DNA of 63,955 nucleotides, filler included, from Octopus bimaculoides (taxonomy: Eukaryota), in assembly GCF_001194135.2 (NCBI RefSeq). It is 6 parts of 6 records of this genome, joined end to end, with 100 filler letters (N's around TTAATTAATTAA, not from the genome) between each part and the next. Parts side by side here need not be neighbours in the genome. Positions count along the whole stretch, not along the records: positions 25,231 to 44,354 come from NC_068982.1; positions 44,455 to 46,655 come from NC_068988.1; positions 46,756 to 54,265 come from NC_068989.1; 3 more parts are not named here. One strand, written 5' to 3'. Every line of letters starts with the position of its first letter. Position 1 is the first letter of the stretch. Position numbers and translations under genes: made by a program. The notes beneath the pieces are model-generated. The model did not search any database, was not told the DNA's origin, and saw only the letters and a program-made list of their open reading frames with translations. Below are positions 37,730 through 50,091 of this stretch, one piece after another.

Positions 37730-37885
37730 CACACGTGATGGGCTTCTTTCAGTTTCTGGTTAACAAATTTACTGACAAGGCTTTAGTCAGCCCAAGGCTA
37801 CAATAAAAGATATTTGTTTAAAGTGTTACTGAATCCAGAACCATGTGGTTGGAAAGTAAACTTTTTACCACACAACCATACTTGT
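37730..37885 (-). mobile_element. SINE family C, 5' half
   Basis: Minus strand TGGTTGTGTGGTAAAAAG..CCAACCACATGGTTCTGGATTCAG tRNA-like head. Confidence 0.7.
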
Positions 37886-39842
37886 GCCTAAAAGCTAAAC
37901 AGCCAGATGTTTGGGTTTCATGATCTGCAATATATTTATTCCATTACATGAATTGATGAGATGTGGTTACTGCTAAACTCAGCGAAGGCAAACTAACTCT
38001 AAATTGCAATAGAGTATCTAGTTGTATAGTTGTAAAAAGGTCATTCACTACAGTCATTGGGAATTTCTCTTTTTTTATTATATCAGATGATGAGGAAATA
38101 CAATAGAACCATCCAATCCATGCTAGCAGCAAATGTAAACTGATGGGGATTCTAGTAACAGTTGAGATTGAAAGTTATTGAAAAAAGTTGTTTGGTTCAA
38201 AAGTTTTGAAAGACTGAAGATTGTCAAATATTTTGTGCCTTTCTTATGCTAAGAACAAGGCCAATTCTAGTGAGAATATTTATTTTGAATTTTAAGGATT
38301 CATGTAGCAGCAACAGTGTAAGTTCAAGATAGAATCCCAAAACTTAAACCTTTAGCATTCAGTTTACTTTGTCACATGTAGCGCTTACTTATTCACATTG
38401 TTTTGAATAAATCTTGCATTTTCTCAGTTTTAAGGTTTTGGTGATGTCATTTATTTTTAGACTAATAATTAGGGTAAGTATGAGAGGTCAAATCTGGCCA
38501 GTTTGAATATAAACAGGCAAAATATTTTGGTTAGATACAGTCAGTTTAAATGTAGCATATTTAATTATAGATATGTACTTAACTGTACATTGCATAATAA
38601 TGGCTAATTTATGCCTGTTTTCATCAGACATTTATAGAATTATATGAATGATAGCTTTCTGATGAAGCACTATGAATGATTCAAGAAAAACAAACACATT
38701 TTATCAAAGTCAAATTTGGACAGAATATGTGAAATCACCAAAAAAGCAAAAACAATTTAACTAAGCCTTATCTAAGCAACCCAGGTAAAGTGTAATTCAT
38801 CATCTTAAATTAACTAACTCTAATCTCATGTTCAAAGTACACTTTTTTTCTTCAGGATTCAATCAGTTAACTTTGTAAATGTTACAATTGTTTGTTACAA
38901 TCATCTTTAGGCTAAAAATACTGAAGAAATTACACAAACTGGGTTATCTAAGTTCTTCAAATTTCAAACTGATTGCAGTTAGCAGAAGCCATACCTTCAC
39001 TAGGGCAGTAATTGAAAGCATATCAAAATAAAATATTTTTAATTTAAAAAAATGTCAAAAACTGACCAATATTTTGGGATAAAAAGGATAGGATAGAAAG
39101 TTATTTGTAATAGTTTTAGATCATTCATCTCCATCAACTCCACTTGTATTAAAATGCCTGTATGTAAATTAAAGTCCCACCAGATATTTCATTATTGATA
39201 ATATAAAACCCATTTAGATAAACTTACATAGTTTTATGAAAGAATATTTTGTCACTATCAGCATTTACATCAATTTTCCATACTGGTATGAGTTTGATGG
39301 GCTGTCACAGTTCAAATCAGTTCTTAATTGGAATTACTGCCTTCCTAGATACATTGGAGGAACATGCCTCATTTATATGTGCCATTTCTGGCATGGTTTC
39401 TATGACGATGCTTCTAACATTAATCACTTGACAGAATGCACTGGGTAGATTTTTATCAAGGCACCAGCATTTGAGAGATTGTCATGTATCTTGTGAGTCT
39501 AAAGAGTCCTATGTAGTCTCCATAATTTTCAAAAAATAGTAATCAAGAGTGCAAATAGAAAGGATATGATAAAGAAGGGCTATGAAAAAAAGAATATGCA
39601 TATGAGCAAAACCAGAAAAACAATGATGGAATTGTAGTTGGGAAAACAGTATGAGCAGCTTGATCAAATAGCAATAAAGAAGACATGGTAAGAGATTAAG
39701 TGTAGACAGCAACAGAAGGGGTGATAGTAAGAGTTGCAGGGTTAATACAAGAGAAACGGTGATAGTTACATATTGTTTGAGAGTAGAAGGCTGACTAGGT
39801 GGCAAGTAGAGTAGAAGGTTTGAGAGTAGAAGGCTGAATAGA

Positions 39843-40062
39843 CAGCGAGCTGGCAGAAACGTCAGCACGCCGGGCGAAATGCTTAGCGGTATTTTGTCTG
39901 CTGCTACATTCTGAGTTCAAATTCCACCGAGGTCGACTTTGCCTTTCATCCTTTCGGGGTCGATTAAATAAGTACCAGTTACGCACTGGGGTCGATATAA
40001 TCGACTTAATCCGTTTGTCTGTCCCCTCTATGTTTAGCCCCTTGTGGGCAGTAAAGAAATAA
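39843..40062 (+). mobile_element. SINE family A, relatively young copy
   Basis: Full head and core; CpGs retained inside an otherwise CpG-poor block. Confidence 0.9.
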
Positions 40063-40569
40063 AGAAGGTTGACTAGAAAACAGCATAAGCAGTGTGATAG
40101 GATAGTAATAAAGATGTATCATAGTTAGAGAGAGCAACTGATGGATAGCAATACAGAAAGAGTGGTAGATGTCAATACATACATAATGTATGGTAGATGT
40201 AGAATACATAAGAGTGGTAGATGTCAACTCAGAGTCACATGGAGGGTGGAGAATGATGGTTAGTAGTGGAGGGTGAGTGAAGATAGTGAATATAAATAGA
40301 TCTAATGCCATCCTTTATTACATAGGTGTCATGATGGTAAGAGTAATGTGGGGAGAGAGGTAAGGTGACAGTAATAATGGAAGGATTAATATAAACAGAC
40401 AAGACGCCACAGGCAGCAAATTGTCAGTAGACAGAAACTCACAAGGAATATACTGAGCAAGTGATCCAGATATATGTATTCCAGGGTCTGTCACCACTAT
40501 ATTAATGATTGTTTTGCTATGCTTGTGCAAATGGATGCACATTCTTGAGCACTGCATGCTGCAAATTAC

Positions 40570-40960
40570 CACAATTCTTTGTCATCTTTGAGAGGTTGAT
40601 TCCTTGAGGCTATCTACCACTTCATTCCAAGCCTTTCCACAGGTTCCACTACTTCATGCTCTCACCATTTCTTTATGCAATTGACACCCTCCACATGCAG
40701 CCCATGCTCATACCAGTCTTGTCACTTGTATGTTACATATGATTCCACTTAGGCTTGCTCATCTCTCAGTTAATTTGCACTTCATCATTCCTGTACACTA
40801 ACATCACTCACCCAGCAGAGCATGCTCACTTCATTTCTTTCCAGCTATTTAAGATCTACCACACTGTTTTCAACGCTTTCATTTTGCTACCATTACACAA
40901 GCATCATTAATTTCACCTTTCATTCAAAGAGAAACCTTTTGTCACCAGTAGAGATAATAG
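40570..40960 (-). mobile_element. RTE LINE ORF2 3' fragment
   Basis: Minus reading ..LK*LERNEVSMLCWVSDV.. resembles the LERNE.SM.RWMC.V motif of RTE. Confidence 0.6.
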
Positions 40961-42514
40961 TTCCTTGAATTTTTATGGAAATCAGACTGCCATTTCTAGC
41001 AGGTTGAGCAACCAAACAGAGGTAGTACAGTTAGAAATAGAGATAGTAAAGGGTTAATACTGAGTCATTTATTGCAAATCAGAATCCAGTCTCCTGTAAG
41101 ATAAATATTATATGCATGCACACATGTGTATGTGCAGACACACACAAACAGAATAAAAATTAGAGATGAAGCACTTCAAAAAAGAGAAACGATTAACAAA
41201 CAACTATTTATAAAATTTCATTTATTCAAACTAAATTCTAATCTAAAATGTAATAACAAAACCAGTTCAATTTACTGTCAAACTTAGACAGAAAATTTTA
41301 AAAATTGGAAATTAAGATATTTTGATGAAAATAATACTACAATTGAAAAAGAATACATCGCAATATAGAATTTAATTTTTTAATATATATATCATTAATA
41401 AAGTAGACTTTCAGACAAAGCCAATCATGCTCAAGGATGAATTCTAGAGTCATTCCACTCATTTCAAGCACTCAAAATTTGTGAGAGAAAAAAATCTTTG
41501 GAATTAGTCAGATTGCTAGCAACACATAATATCTCTATAGAACACAGCACCAGATTTCCTTTAAAACAAGTTTCAAGAGAACTTACATGTTGGCTATTCC
41601 ATTACCTACATCATCCTGACCAGCTTTATGTCAATTCAAAAAGATTCTGTTAAAATAATTTTCTAAAATAATACACCTAGTAGAAAAAAAAAAGAAAAAA
41701 AAAAAAACTGCCAAGTTCAGAAGTGAGTTTCCAAGCAAGTACAAAAAATGAATTCCCGTCACGAGGATTATCTCCCTTAAACTCTTGAATTATATAGAAT
41801 GATAAGTAAGGCCAAACGTAGTTGAACTTACTTATATACCGAAACTAAACTTGGGATTTTAACGTAACATTTAAATGTGGTACAAAATGAAGTTATTGCA
41901 CTGAAAAATGTGCAGGGGTAGGGCAATACAGAGTTAGAGATACAACTCAGCTCCGTCACTTTTCAAACAATGATTGTTTAGATTGACAGAAATAGAAATA
42001 TAGAAGTTATTTGCAACATTAGTATGAAATAGGAGCCATCGAATACAATCGTGCTAAAATGTGATAGAATACTCTAGTGCAAGGCTAATCTTTGATAATA
42101 ATGGCTCACAGAATTTAATAAATGGAAGGAAATAAAAACACCAGAGCTTGTGGAAGGTCTGTCTTGATAAAAAATTGAGGGAAGTTTGTATAGTTGGCTA
42201 AGTTTCTTGAGATTAGATTGATATTTCAAACAGTCTTTCACTGGAGAGAGATTTTTCTCCTTTCCATCAAAAGGGTTTTCTTAAAACATCAGGATTTTCA
42301 TCTCATACTATCTTAAATTTACAAACTTTAATTTTTTTACTGACACAGATTATGACTAGTTTCCTTAGGCTCTGGGATATTTTACGAATTAATCCTTATT
42401 ATTAGTTCTGTTGTTAACTACAATTTCCTGTTCTGTTGCACTGACTGGTCAGTCTCTTTACAAATTAAATTTTGAAAAGGACAACAGTTTGTTTTATACC
42501 CTTTACTGTCACAG

Positions 42515-42639
42515 ATTTGCCAAACCCATTCTGGGTTTATAACAGCATGATAATGTTCCAGTTCTTATGGATGTATCTTTTTAAAATCCCTAGCATCTTG
42601 ACTGATTTTATAGAAGACCCAAACCTAGATGCAAAATAT
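42515..42639 (+). CDS. Candidate exon, LPNPFWVYNSMIMFQFLWMYLFKIPSILTDFIEDPNLDAKY
   Basis: Long pyrimidine tract + CACAG acceptor; TAT|GTAAGT donor; open frame ending in phase 0. Confidence 0.35.
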
Positions 42640-43161
42640 GTAAGTCAACCTCCACAACTTAGTTCATCATGTAAAACCACTAGGCAGCTGTTTTCTAAGG
42701 TTACTTGGAAAAAATATACATTTTATTTTACAGATTTATTAACTAAAATAGGAAATAATTTAGCATAAAAATAAAAATATGAATACAATTTGTTGAAGTG
42801 ATGTAATGTTACATCAAATTAGGATATATAACTAAGGTTTACTTCAGTGTTGCCCAGAAGAGAAATTTACTGAGCTGTGTATAGTTAAACACTATATTTG
42901 AACCATTTCCTCTTCACTGTATACAATGTAGTTTAAATAGGTCCATAGAATGTAGAAAGTTTGGATGGAGCAAATGTTCATATTATCAGTGTCATATGGT
43001 ACTAGAAAAATGTGAATTAACTGATTAAATAATTCACAAATATAGTTTAAAGTAGATGTTTAAGCTATCTGAAATGTTTTCATATACTCAAAATTCCAGG
43101 AATAAAGTTAAGTCATATATTAAGATCTTTTCTTATTTTTGTTTTTCACCAATTATCACAG

Positions 43162-43254
43162 GTTAGAAAATATTCAGTACTGATGTTGACTGAACCAACA
43201 ATCCATCTTAAAGCATTCTTCAAGTCAGGTTCCATAACACACAATCATTTCTGA
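43162..43254 (+). CDS. Candidate terminal exon, VRKYSVLMLTEPTIHLKAFFKSGSITHNHF*
   Basis: Strong acceptor TTTTTGTTTTTCACCAATTATCACAG; phase 0 joins 42515-42639. Confidence 0.3.
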   Translation, partial: VRKYSVLMLTEPTIHLKAFFKSGSITHNHF

Positions 43255-44080
43255 GATTAACACACACACACACATCTTGTGATTTAACAGGGATTCAAAT
43301 GTCAGAAATCAAAAATGGTTACAATCTAAGTATGTATGAAAAAAGATAAACCTAAAATCAGTAAAAAAAAGGCTGTCTTGTTCTCAGGCACCTATAAGTA
43401 TTTTTAAGAAATTAGTAAGGAAAAATAATTATACCAGGATTTTTAAACACTTTTTTTAGTATATAAATTTTAAATCTTTATAAATTTCTTTGAAAAAAAT
43501 GTTAAATTATAACTAAATATTATCATAAGAGACTACTCCAATCAGCAAGGTTTTCACCAACAAACCAGTAGTCTGAGTAATTTATCTCTCTCGTCTCACC
43601 TAATCAGCACTTAAAAGAAAGTTCAACTGAATCAAGATAGCCATAGTTCTAGTAAAAGAATTATGTCAGCTAGATATTCCAACAAGTAAATTTTATATCA
43701 CATTCATTAGCTTTTTGGGGGAGGCCAAAAGTCTTAAACTCAGTTTTAGTAGGGAAGAGGAACAGGGTCGGTCCCTACCACCAATGATAAATTGAAAAAC
43801 ATTAAAGAAAATTTTGGTTGGTGTTAGCGTCGAGAGGTCAAGTAAAAATTAATGATACAATTTCAGTGATAATGACCATGATTTGACAAACAGTAATACT
43901 AATATTGTATTGGTGTGTGAGAGATATATATAGACATACACACACAAACACATGTATATATATATATCATACAAACATATATATACACACACATACAGAT
44001 ATATATATATCATGCATATATACATACAGATGCATATATATACATACGCACATGCATATATATATATATATACACTCACT

Positions 44081-44354
44081 CACATCATATAGACACACGT
44101 ATACACATACATCATATAGACACACGTATACACATACATCATATAGACACACGTATACACATACATCATATAGACACACGTATACACATACATCATATAG
44201 ACACACGTATATACATACATCATATAGATACACGTATATACATACATCATATAGATACACGTATATACATACATCATATAGATACACGTATATACATACA
44301 TCATATAGATACACGTATATACATACATCATATAGATACACGTATATACATACA
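44081..44354. repeat. 27-bp minisatellite, about 10 units
   Basis: CATCATATAGA(C/T)ACACGTATA(C/T)ACATA repeated without spacers. Confidence 0.95.
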
Positions 44355-45179
44355 NNNNNNNNNNNNNNNNNNNNNNNNNNNNNNNNNNNNNNNNNNNNTT
44401 AATTAATTAANNNNNNNNNNNNNNNNNNNNNNNNNNNNNNNNNNNNNNNNNNNNATATATATATATATATATATAATACAAATAATATATGAGTATATGC
44501 ATATATACGTACAAGTATGTACATACCTACATCTACATGTGTATATAGATGCATATCTGGGTACAGGACGTTGCAAAAATAAACGTGGACAAAATGATGA
44601 ACAGAGTACAGAAAACACAGGCTACATAGAGAACATTTCCTTTATCAGCTGCCACCATTCTAAAACTAAGCGCTTCGAAGAGTTATATATATAAGCGATA
44701 ATAAATCTCTGAGACCCTGTTTAAAAATCGTTATTGGACTGCCCCCCCCCCATGGGTTTCTGGATTTTACTTCACTTATTCCTACCAATAATATCTATTA
44801 AAGCATTTTGTGGTCAGTTTTTTTCTAAAATCCCTTCTAGGCTACTACAACAAGGTATTCTTTAATTGATATATTTTAAAAAAAATATTAGTGTTAATTT
44901 CAGAATATAAAGAAAACAGGCGAAGAAGATATGTCGACCGTGTCAACATTCAGGCCTTCTATCCCACCCCTCGGCCACATGCACCCATATAAGGGAGAGA
45001 GAAAGATTAGTCAAAAATACTTTCTGGATCTAGATCGTTTGAAGTGTGTATAATTATAAATTAACGTGACATGCTTGAAGATATGACTAATATTTATTAA
45101 GTGGTACACAGCGTTCAAGGCACTAATAATAAATGTTAACAACAACAACAACAATAATAATGATACTGTTACTAATACT

Positions 45180-45334
45180 AAAACAAAGGGAAGCGGTTGT
45201 TATCGCCGTCGTCGTCTTTTGTGTCGTGTGATTTAGATAGTGTTTTTGTACACGTGAACATCAAACACGATTTTCGACACAAAACCTTCCTATCCTCATT
45301 GACGTAATCATTTGTTGCTCTCTCTCTCGACCCC

Positions 45335-45372
<38 letters not shown>

Positions 45373-45420
45373 CCTCCTCTCTGTGACATATGAAAACGTG
45401 AAGACAAGTGAAGAGATGAG
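45180..45420. promoter_or_regulatory. Putative promoter-like region
   Basis: CpG-retaining, CACGTG E-box (~45251), TGACGTAA CRE-like site (~45300), (CT)n tract, next to the edge of the CpG-depleted block. Confidence 0.3.
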
Positions 45421-46604
45421 AAAATATTTACTCGAGACCTGAAGAAAAATAGGGTAAGAGAGTAGAGCTGTCGTTATTAATAATATTAGATCAACACCGG
45501 TCTATCAAAACTTATGGTGATAATCATGTCTAGTTAAAAAGCTCGCTTCACAATCAATCAAAGGTTTCGGATTCGATCGTTCGATCACAATGCACAGCAA
45601 CTTGAGCAAATGCACTCTACAATTGCATCGGGTCGGTCCAAACACTGCAAGTAAAATTCATCGATGAGAAACTTGTCAGCTGACCTGTAGCTGTTCTTGG
45701 GTGGTAAACCTAATCCATGTCCTTGTTTAAAAGCAGCAATGAGGATATGCGATGTAGCTTAGGGTGGAATTTGGCTGCTGTTTTTAGCAGATCGAATGAT
45801 TTCGCGTTCTTTCATTGCTCGAAGAAGTTGCGTGTTGTGTGGAGATAAGAGTGGTGGGGACATGGTATTTAAAAAAAATGAATCTTTACAATATTTAGTG
45901 TCCGCTATCCCACTGAGCCACTGGATTATCACTGATCTCGTCTTCAGAGAGTACGTAATCCATGCCAGTTTAACCTGTTAAAGTTCTGTCATTCATCATC
46001 TTATAACACATCGGTGGATTCGAACTCAAGCCATGAGCTGTATTTACTCTTAGTAAGCATTCACTTATCAGGACTGAATCATTGCGATGTTAACTGTCCT
46101 GATTATAGAGAATGGTGATGATGGACATGCACTAGCTGATGGCCCATTCAGTCGGTAAAATTCACTCCATTTTATATGCCGTGCCCCTTAGCCATAATAT
46201 GAGAAATTACAATTGATCCCTTCCGGTGTACTAGTGAAGTGCAATATATATATATATATATATATAAGAGAGAGAGAGAGAGAGAGAGAGATAACTGCAG
46301 CGAGTGGTGAAAATGATTTCATGTTTATGTGTGGGAAAGAGATAGATCCCAGGGGGTTAGGACAAACTAAACAGAAAATGAAAGGTGAAATTTACTAGCC
46401 ATATGATGAATTAGAAAATACAATAGATTCACTTCCGGTGTTCTATGCTAAAAATAAAGAAGTGTCACCGGATGTGTATTATTTATTACAAAAGAAGAGA
46501 AAGAAGATAAAACAAAAACTCGTTTGTGAAAAACGACCTGGATTTTCTCTTAACTGAACCAATATTTTCTTTATATTGTCTACACGTGTGTTGTGGGTTT
46601 TAAA

Positions 46605-46655
<51 letters not shown>

Positions 46656-47575
46656 NNNNNNNNNNNNNNNNNNNNNNNNNNNNNNNNNNNNNNNNNNNNT
46701 TAATTAATTAANNNNNNNNNNNNNNNNNNNNNNNNNNNNNNNNNNNNNNNNNNNNTCTAAACTACAAATTTTTCTCTAAAAATATTTAGAGAAAAATTTG
46801 TAGTTTAGAATCAGTAATTCTTTGACTGCTATTACTAAATTTTCAGTATGTTGGAGAAGCAACTCAATGCTAATCCCTGTATATTTATGATTATATATAT
46901 ATATATATATAGTTTAAAAAATTTTTTTATTTAATTCTAGTTCTGCTTTTGTTTTTATTTTTATGTTTTTATTTTATTTTCATTTTATTAATTGTTATTT
47001 TACTTTTGGAAAGCAGCTTGTTTCGTATCATTTTCTATGACTGAAATTCTTTAATAGTTACTGATCTTAGCTAGTCCTTTTCTTTGTACGTAGTTTGAGG
47101 ACATTGTTTACGAGATGTACTGTTCCATTAATCGGTATTACGCTTGTGTGATATCATGTTCGTGATGTGATGGTGATTGGGAAGCATAATATTTAGTTGT
47201 CTATGTTTGTTGTATTGTCTTAATACCATTTTTGGAATTAGTTCTTTGTCAGTAATACTAATGCGTAGCTAAAAATTATCACTGTTTGTTTCCTCTTATG
47301 TTGTAGTAACACCGTCGGATTGAATGGTACTGCTCAGGTGTCGAAACCATACTGATACCCGTTCGGACAGCTGATGATGGGTATACACATATGTTTTACT
47401 CGATTGTGAATTTCTTATAACTTATTTTTGTTATTCTGAATTGTCCTTCATTCTTGTAAAGTGGAAAGTGTTTTGTGGATTCATAGTTTGTGGGGATCGC
47501 TTACTTTAGTATTGTTTGATTTTCATTATGGGAAACCTATTCAGGCATGGACAATGTTTAAATATTGATGCCCAG

Positions 47576-47635
<60 letters not shown>

Positions 47636-50091
47636 NNNNNNNNNNTATACATACATACATATATATATATATACATATGTATGTGTGTGTACTTATATAC
47701 ATATGTGCTTCTATATGTATGTATGTATACACTATACACACATACACAAATGGAATTGAGTCTTCTGGTTAAAGCGCGCCTAAATTACAATAAATCTAGT
47801 GCATATCTAATTGTCTTTTTCTATTAGTCATTTTTCCATGCTGTCTCATTTTATTTTGATTACATTCAGTTCTAGCACATACAACTTCATGTGTTGCTCA
47901 TATCTAGATATACGTATTCTCTGTCACCGTAACAACCGCTTTTTTCTTCGCTCTCTCCTGCTTCCCATCGTTGTCTTTGTTCTCTTGTTACCTGCACACC
48001 CTGTCTCTAACTGTTCCTTCTCACCTTCTTTATCCAGTTATTCTCCGCCATGTTGCTATCTCAATCTTCCAGCTTACATTCTTGGGCCGTACTACTGCTA
48101 CTTTTGACCAATCCCATCTTTCTCTTTTGCTCATTCGCTCTTTCTCTTGCTGAACGCTGTCTAGTTCACAGGTTCTAAACCCTCTATCGTTACTTGAGCT
48201 CCTAAGTCGTATTTCTATCTTCTTATATGCCTTTCTTTTCTTATTTCTTGTTTGCCTTCTACCTTTCTCCCTTTCTACCTCTTTATCATGATTCTCTTCT
48301 TGCTATCTACGCTCACTGCATCTAAGGTTATTCCTCCTTTTCCCTTCTTGCCGTTATTCTCTTTTGTTTTCTTTTCCAACTTTCATTTTTGGATTCTGCT
48401 GTTGATGCTGTTACTGAGCATTCTCCTCATCACTCTTTCTCTCGCTGAACTTTAATTCAATTCACACGTTCTACAACCTCTGTTGCTATTATAGTTGATA
48501 AGTCATTTCCCTATCTTATTTACTTTGCTGCCTCTTTTTTCCTCTCCTGTCATCTTTCTCTCTAGTACTCGGCTCTCTTTCACGCTAATTTTTCTTTTCT
48601 TCTCTACCGTGCCTTATGTTCTCCAATCACGTTTTCTCTCACCCTACTTCTATGGTAGCGAAAGCCCTTTCTCTGTACCTCCACTTACGCAACATTTCTC
48701 TTTCGTTCTTTTTTTCTGTGCTAGTCAGAAGACAATATCCGTTATTACTATTCTTTATTTTTGGTCTCACTTGTATGTTGTCGTATACCATGTTCTCATG
48801 TCTTTTAAAACGGCCACCAACTCATTGATATTTTACCAGTCACTACTGCAATGAAAAAATATTTTCATTGGATCGTGTTTCTGGATTACAGCGCGTCGAA
48901 ACTAATGAAAGCAGAATCCCTGAGCTACTCAATATGGTTTCAAAAACCACCAACAAATTTTAAATGAAAATCTTCTAGGATTGCAATAAATCTTGCCTAT
49001 GCTTATTCAGAAGTATTCAGTCCTCTATGGTTTGTAATATGGCTCAAAATACCCTATGAAACACAGTAATTTTATTGGACAAAATGGATACTTATCGAGA
49101 TTAATAATGTCAACGTGTCTCAGGTAATTTTGGAAATCACGTTCCAACGATTTCATTCAGTAGGTCTATCCAAGCCGTCGTCTTTGAGAAACAAGTGGAA
49201 TCTTTTTAAAGCTTTTTTAAGTCTTCAAGGTGGAGAGATGTTTATATACGTGTGCGTGTATTTGAGTCTGTATTTATCCTCCACCAACGCTTGACAACCG
49301 GTGTTTGTGTGCTCACGTTCCCGTAACTTAGCAGTTCGATACGAGAAACCAAAAGAATAAGTACTAGGCTTAAAAAAAAAAGGACTGTGGTCGATTCGTT
49401 CGACTAAAAATTCTTCATGGTGGTGCCCCAGCATGGTTACATTCTAATGACCGAAACAAGTAAAAGATGAAAGGTAAAATGTGTCATCTTCGGTACCGAA
49501 TAATCGTACGAAATAAATCAGAAACAACAATAAAATAAACTTTCAAATTGACTAAATATCCATTTCTCGTCTAAATCTGTCTGAATATGAGGAAAGTTTT
49601 AAGTCTTTTGAATAGACAAGTATTTGATCTCTGCAGCGCAGGACAGCGCTTTAAGAGAAAATATGTTGACAGCATGTCTGCTGGCTTAACAAGGCTTGAA
49701 AGCAAGCAGTACAAAATCTTTTTTATCTGCCTTTCTCTCTCTTGACCACCCACTCATTTGTTTTGCCTCTCGAAGACAATAATAAAACACGAAGAAACTA
49801 ATACCATTGCTCTTATTGACTATTGACTATGACTCAAAGCAAGCAGAAAAAAATTAGCTTTTCTTTGCCTTTTTCTATTCCATTTGGGCGGCCACAGTCT
49901 AATAATGCTGACTGGTAAACCGGTTTTGGGAGTTGCATCGAGTTGTGCTGATATAATGTGGGATAAATATAGTAATAATAACAATAATCCTAAGATGGGA
50001 TTTATAAACATTTAATGCATCGCCACACGCGATTTCAGATATCACATGTCTCTTAAGATCACAGTCCGTATCCCTAGATAACTCATTTGAA

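Noticed and set aside
44081-44354. Regular repeats resembling a CRISPR array
   Set aside because: No unique spacers, no cas genes, eukaryotic context; a plain minisatellite.
46756-46809. Perfect 25-bp hairpin (4-nt loop)
   Set aside because: Starts exactly at a contig edge; typical of fold-back read or assembly artefacts.
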